From assembly GCF_006345805.1 (NCBI RefSeq), contig NC_042997.1:128278001-128342000 (forward strand): a stretch of 64,000 nucleotides of DNA, written 5' to 3'. This DNA is from Octopus sinensis (taxonomy: Eukaryota). Both the position numbers and the translations under genes were made by a program. Positions 61,156 to 64,000 of the stretch are shown piece by piece. Within the stretch, counting starts at the first letter, position 1, and every line of letters begins with the position of its first letter. The notes below the pieces were generated by a model that was not told the origin of the DNA, searched no databases, and worked only from the letters and a program-made list of their open reading frames with translations.

Positions 61156-63124
61156 CCCACGTCTAGAAGCACTGTGTGTCCCACCCACACTTAACAAGAA
61201 AACTTCTCATACACTCTACCACAACAAACCAAACTACATTTTTACATCTCTTCTCTTCTTCACGTTTTTCACTTCATGCACTATGCTTACTTCCCACTCC
61301 CCAATCCTGTCCTCTTGGCCCTGTGCCACTGTATCATTGCTCTCCGCTAGCACCCCCCCCACCTGTGTGTTCCACCCACATGCCTTGTCTCACTGTATCA
61401 TTTCTATCTGATAGCCCCACCCCAACATGTGTGTTCCACCCACATGTAACAAGAAAACTTTTCACACACCCTACCCCAACAAACCATGCTTCTCTTCCTC
61501 ACATTTCCTCCTTCATACACTTGCCTAGCTCTCACTCCTCATTCCTGTTCTCACAGCCCTGTTTCCTCTGTATCATTGCTATCCGGTAGCCCCGTGACTC
61601 TATATATACTCAGGTTTTCCAGGGATAATTTATTTAAGACTACACTGCCTAATGTTCCTTTAAAAAAGAAAAAAGATGTGTGATTTGTAAGAAATTTGGC
61701 TGCTATTTCCAGTATCTTCATTAGCAGTGAAAGGCCACCTCTTTGGCCTCTTTTCTCTCATTAACTCATTTTGATTCTGGTATTCTTGTGAAATGTGTGA
61801 GAAAATTTTCTGCTTCTATTTGGTATTTACTTCCCTTCATCTTCCTTGTGTGTTGTTGGCTGATAGTGCTATAATTTGTATTATAGTTTCTGTCTTCCCT
61901 CATGGAAAGCACGTTTCACTGTAACATTAACTTTATCTTACAAAAGAAAGGAAAACAGTTTTGAGGGCTTTAAACCCATATGTGATGAAGATAAAAAAAA
62001 AAGAAAATCAAGATAAAATTTAAATAGAGCAGGAAAAACCCCGAAATTGTTACCCAGAACAGGTGGAGTGGGCTGCTGTTGTAAGAACTTGTAATAAAAA
62101 ATATTGATAGTTGAGTGGCTTCTGTTGTGAGTCCTACAGAAAGATTAAACTGTAGTTTAGATAAGGAAAAATCAGTACTAACAGATGGATGTCAATTATT
62201 GGACTGATTTGAGGGCAGCCAAGAAAGTAAGAAGAGGGTGATGTTGAGATTGGTAATAAAAAGAAAATAATTCAATAGTTAAATAAATTATTAGAAAGAT
62301 AAAAACTTCTAACAGACTGCCATTAACCATGTTCTAATATTTTCCCTTTTGTTATCAGTTACTACCAAAGTTTTTTTTTTGTTTTTCTATTCCTTCATTC
62401 CTCAGTTCCAGACTCTCATGTGCCAAAAGACATGCTACACCTGTCAGTCCATCACTCACCACACCATCCCACATTCTGTACTAAAATGCCTGACTAATCT
62501 CTTGTGACAGTGAGCAGATAACCTCTTGAAGAAATTCAAGTGGAATAATGTTGTTGTTGTTATAAGCTTCTTCTAAATATTCCCCTTCCTCAACGCAAAA
62601 GACCACCACTACCCCAGCCAATATGGTGGTTCCGATGCCTAAAGATGCAAACAACTGTGATTTTTAACTAAATATTTGATTCAGAATTGGTTGAATTGTA
62701 ACAGCATGCCATGTTTTCATCCGCTCTCCGTGAGAAACTTCAGCTGAAGTTTTTATAGGTATCAACAATACAGTTTGTAATGAAATCTGTTGAAATTTTA
62801 CTTACCATCAAAATATCTTTCAGACAATGCACAGACATTTATGTGCATGATGTAACTCTCCAAGCAGATTCCTTGCCAAGACAATATTTAATAAGTTTAT
62901 GGAATTCTTCTATCCACCACTCTTCAGCCAGTTTCAGTCTGTTAGCATCATTCCCATGGAGAAACCTTCTACATTTGATGCCTGCTTTGCATCCAACTAC
63001 TTATTGCATGTCCTGTCCAACTCCAAACTCCTCTTCTCCATGTCATCAGTCTTTATCACTGTCTCTTTTATCTTTTACTTGCTTCAGTTGTTAGACTGCG
63101 ACCAAACTGGGACACCATCTTAAA

Positions 63125-63480
63125 GAAATTTTTGTCATATGAATTGACTCTAGTACTTATTTTTTTAAAGCCTGGTACTTATTCCATTGGTTTCTTTTAC
63201 TGAACCACTAAGTTATGGGGATGTAAATACACCAACACTAAGTTGTCAAGCGGTATGGGGGACAAACACCAACACAAAGACACACATACATACATGCATA
63301 CATACATACATATATGATGGGCTTCTTTCAGTTTCCATTTATCAAATCCACTCACAAGGCTTTGGTCAGCCTAAGGCTATAGTAGAAGACACTTGCCAAA
63401 GGTGCCATGCAATAGGACTGAACCTGAAACCATATGGTTGGGAAGCACGCTTTTATACCGCAAAGCCACACCTGCACCTA
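63125..63480 (-). mobile_element. SINE family A
   Basis: 'gcctggtacttattcc...gggcttctttcagtttcc...atccactcacaaggc...ggactgaacctgaaaccatatggttggg'. Confidence 0.88.
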
Positions 63481-64000
63481 TAGTAGAGAGTTACCTGATG
63501 GAAAGTTCTTCTGATGATTTTTAACCCACCAAAAGCAGCCAGCTTTTTTCTTTGGTCCTCAAACAGACTCCTGTTTCTCTTAGGCTAGAAGTTTCCTATC
63601 ATACTGTACCATTGTAGAATGTTGTAGCATGTTAAGACAGGTCTCTGCTGCCTATCTGCCTATCTCTCTCTCTCTCTCATTTATATTTTATCAGCTCTTG
63701 TGTGCTCTAAGGTTTAATTATGTTTCCCATACTCTTCCTTATTGCTGTGTTCATATCTATGTGTGTGTGTGTATAAATATATATCTAATGGATGTCTTAT
63801 AAAAGTATTCTACACATACAATAACAGCCATACCAACAAGCCTCCATCATCAGCTGCCCCATGGATTTCACTATGGTTTCAACACCTGGGTAGTACCATT
63901 CAATCTGGTGGTGTCAATAACACTGCAATAAGTGTTGTTTGGGAACAAACATACCTCTGATATCACCACATTTATTCAATCTTAACTCTAGGAAGGATTA

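Noticed and set aside
62850-63060. Possible very old RTE C-terminus on the minus strand (WSWTGHA)
   Set aside because: Only one short motif amid many stops, too weak to call.

Overview
This is AT-rich animal DNA (roughly two-thirds A+T by eye), dense in microsatellites. The SINE families look like those I recall from Octopus genomes, so a coleoid cephalopod source is inferred but not verified. I recognise no host protein-coding gene, rRNA, tRNA gene or CRISPR array. The window reads as intronic or intergenic sequence filled with decayed mobile elements. These include at least three SINE families, RTE LINE 3' fragments (BovB-like plus a second type), an R4-like fragment, four Penelope-like fragments, a DD36E Tc1, three DD37D (maT) transposons, a Tc1-type MITE and hAT-type MITEs. 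Most long ORFs in the supplied track are microsatellite translations or antisense to transposons. The most interesting observations are: (1) a complete minimal type-I hammerhead ribozyme at 19338-19424, inside a ~550 bp insert between (TA)n tracts; (2) two long diverged foldback hairpins and an inverted LINE/SINE pair within the next 3.5 kb; (3) a ~1 kb cassette at 56.5-57.5 kb bracketed by a perfect inverted copy of its own flank and carrying a perfect 163 bp direct repeat; (4) a DD36E (Incomer-type) Tc1 with a 27-nt antisense copy of its own coding sequence beside its TIR. A few splice-site-bounded exon candidates are listed at low confidence. SINE and minisatellite boundaries are approximate. 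The family labels A-E are my own working names.
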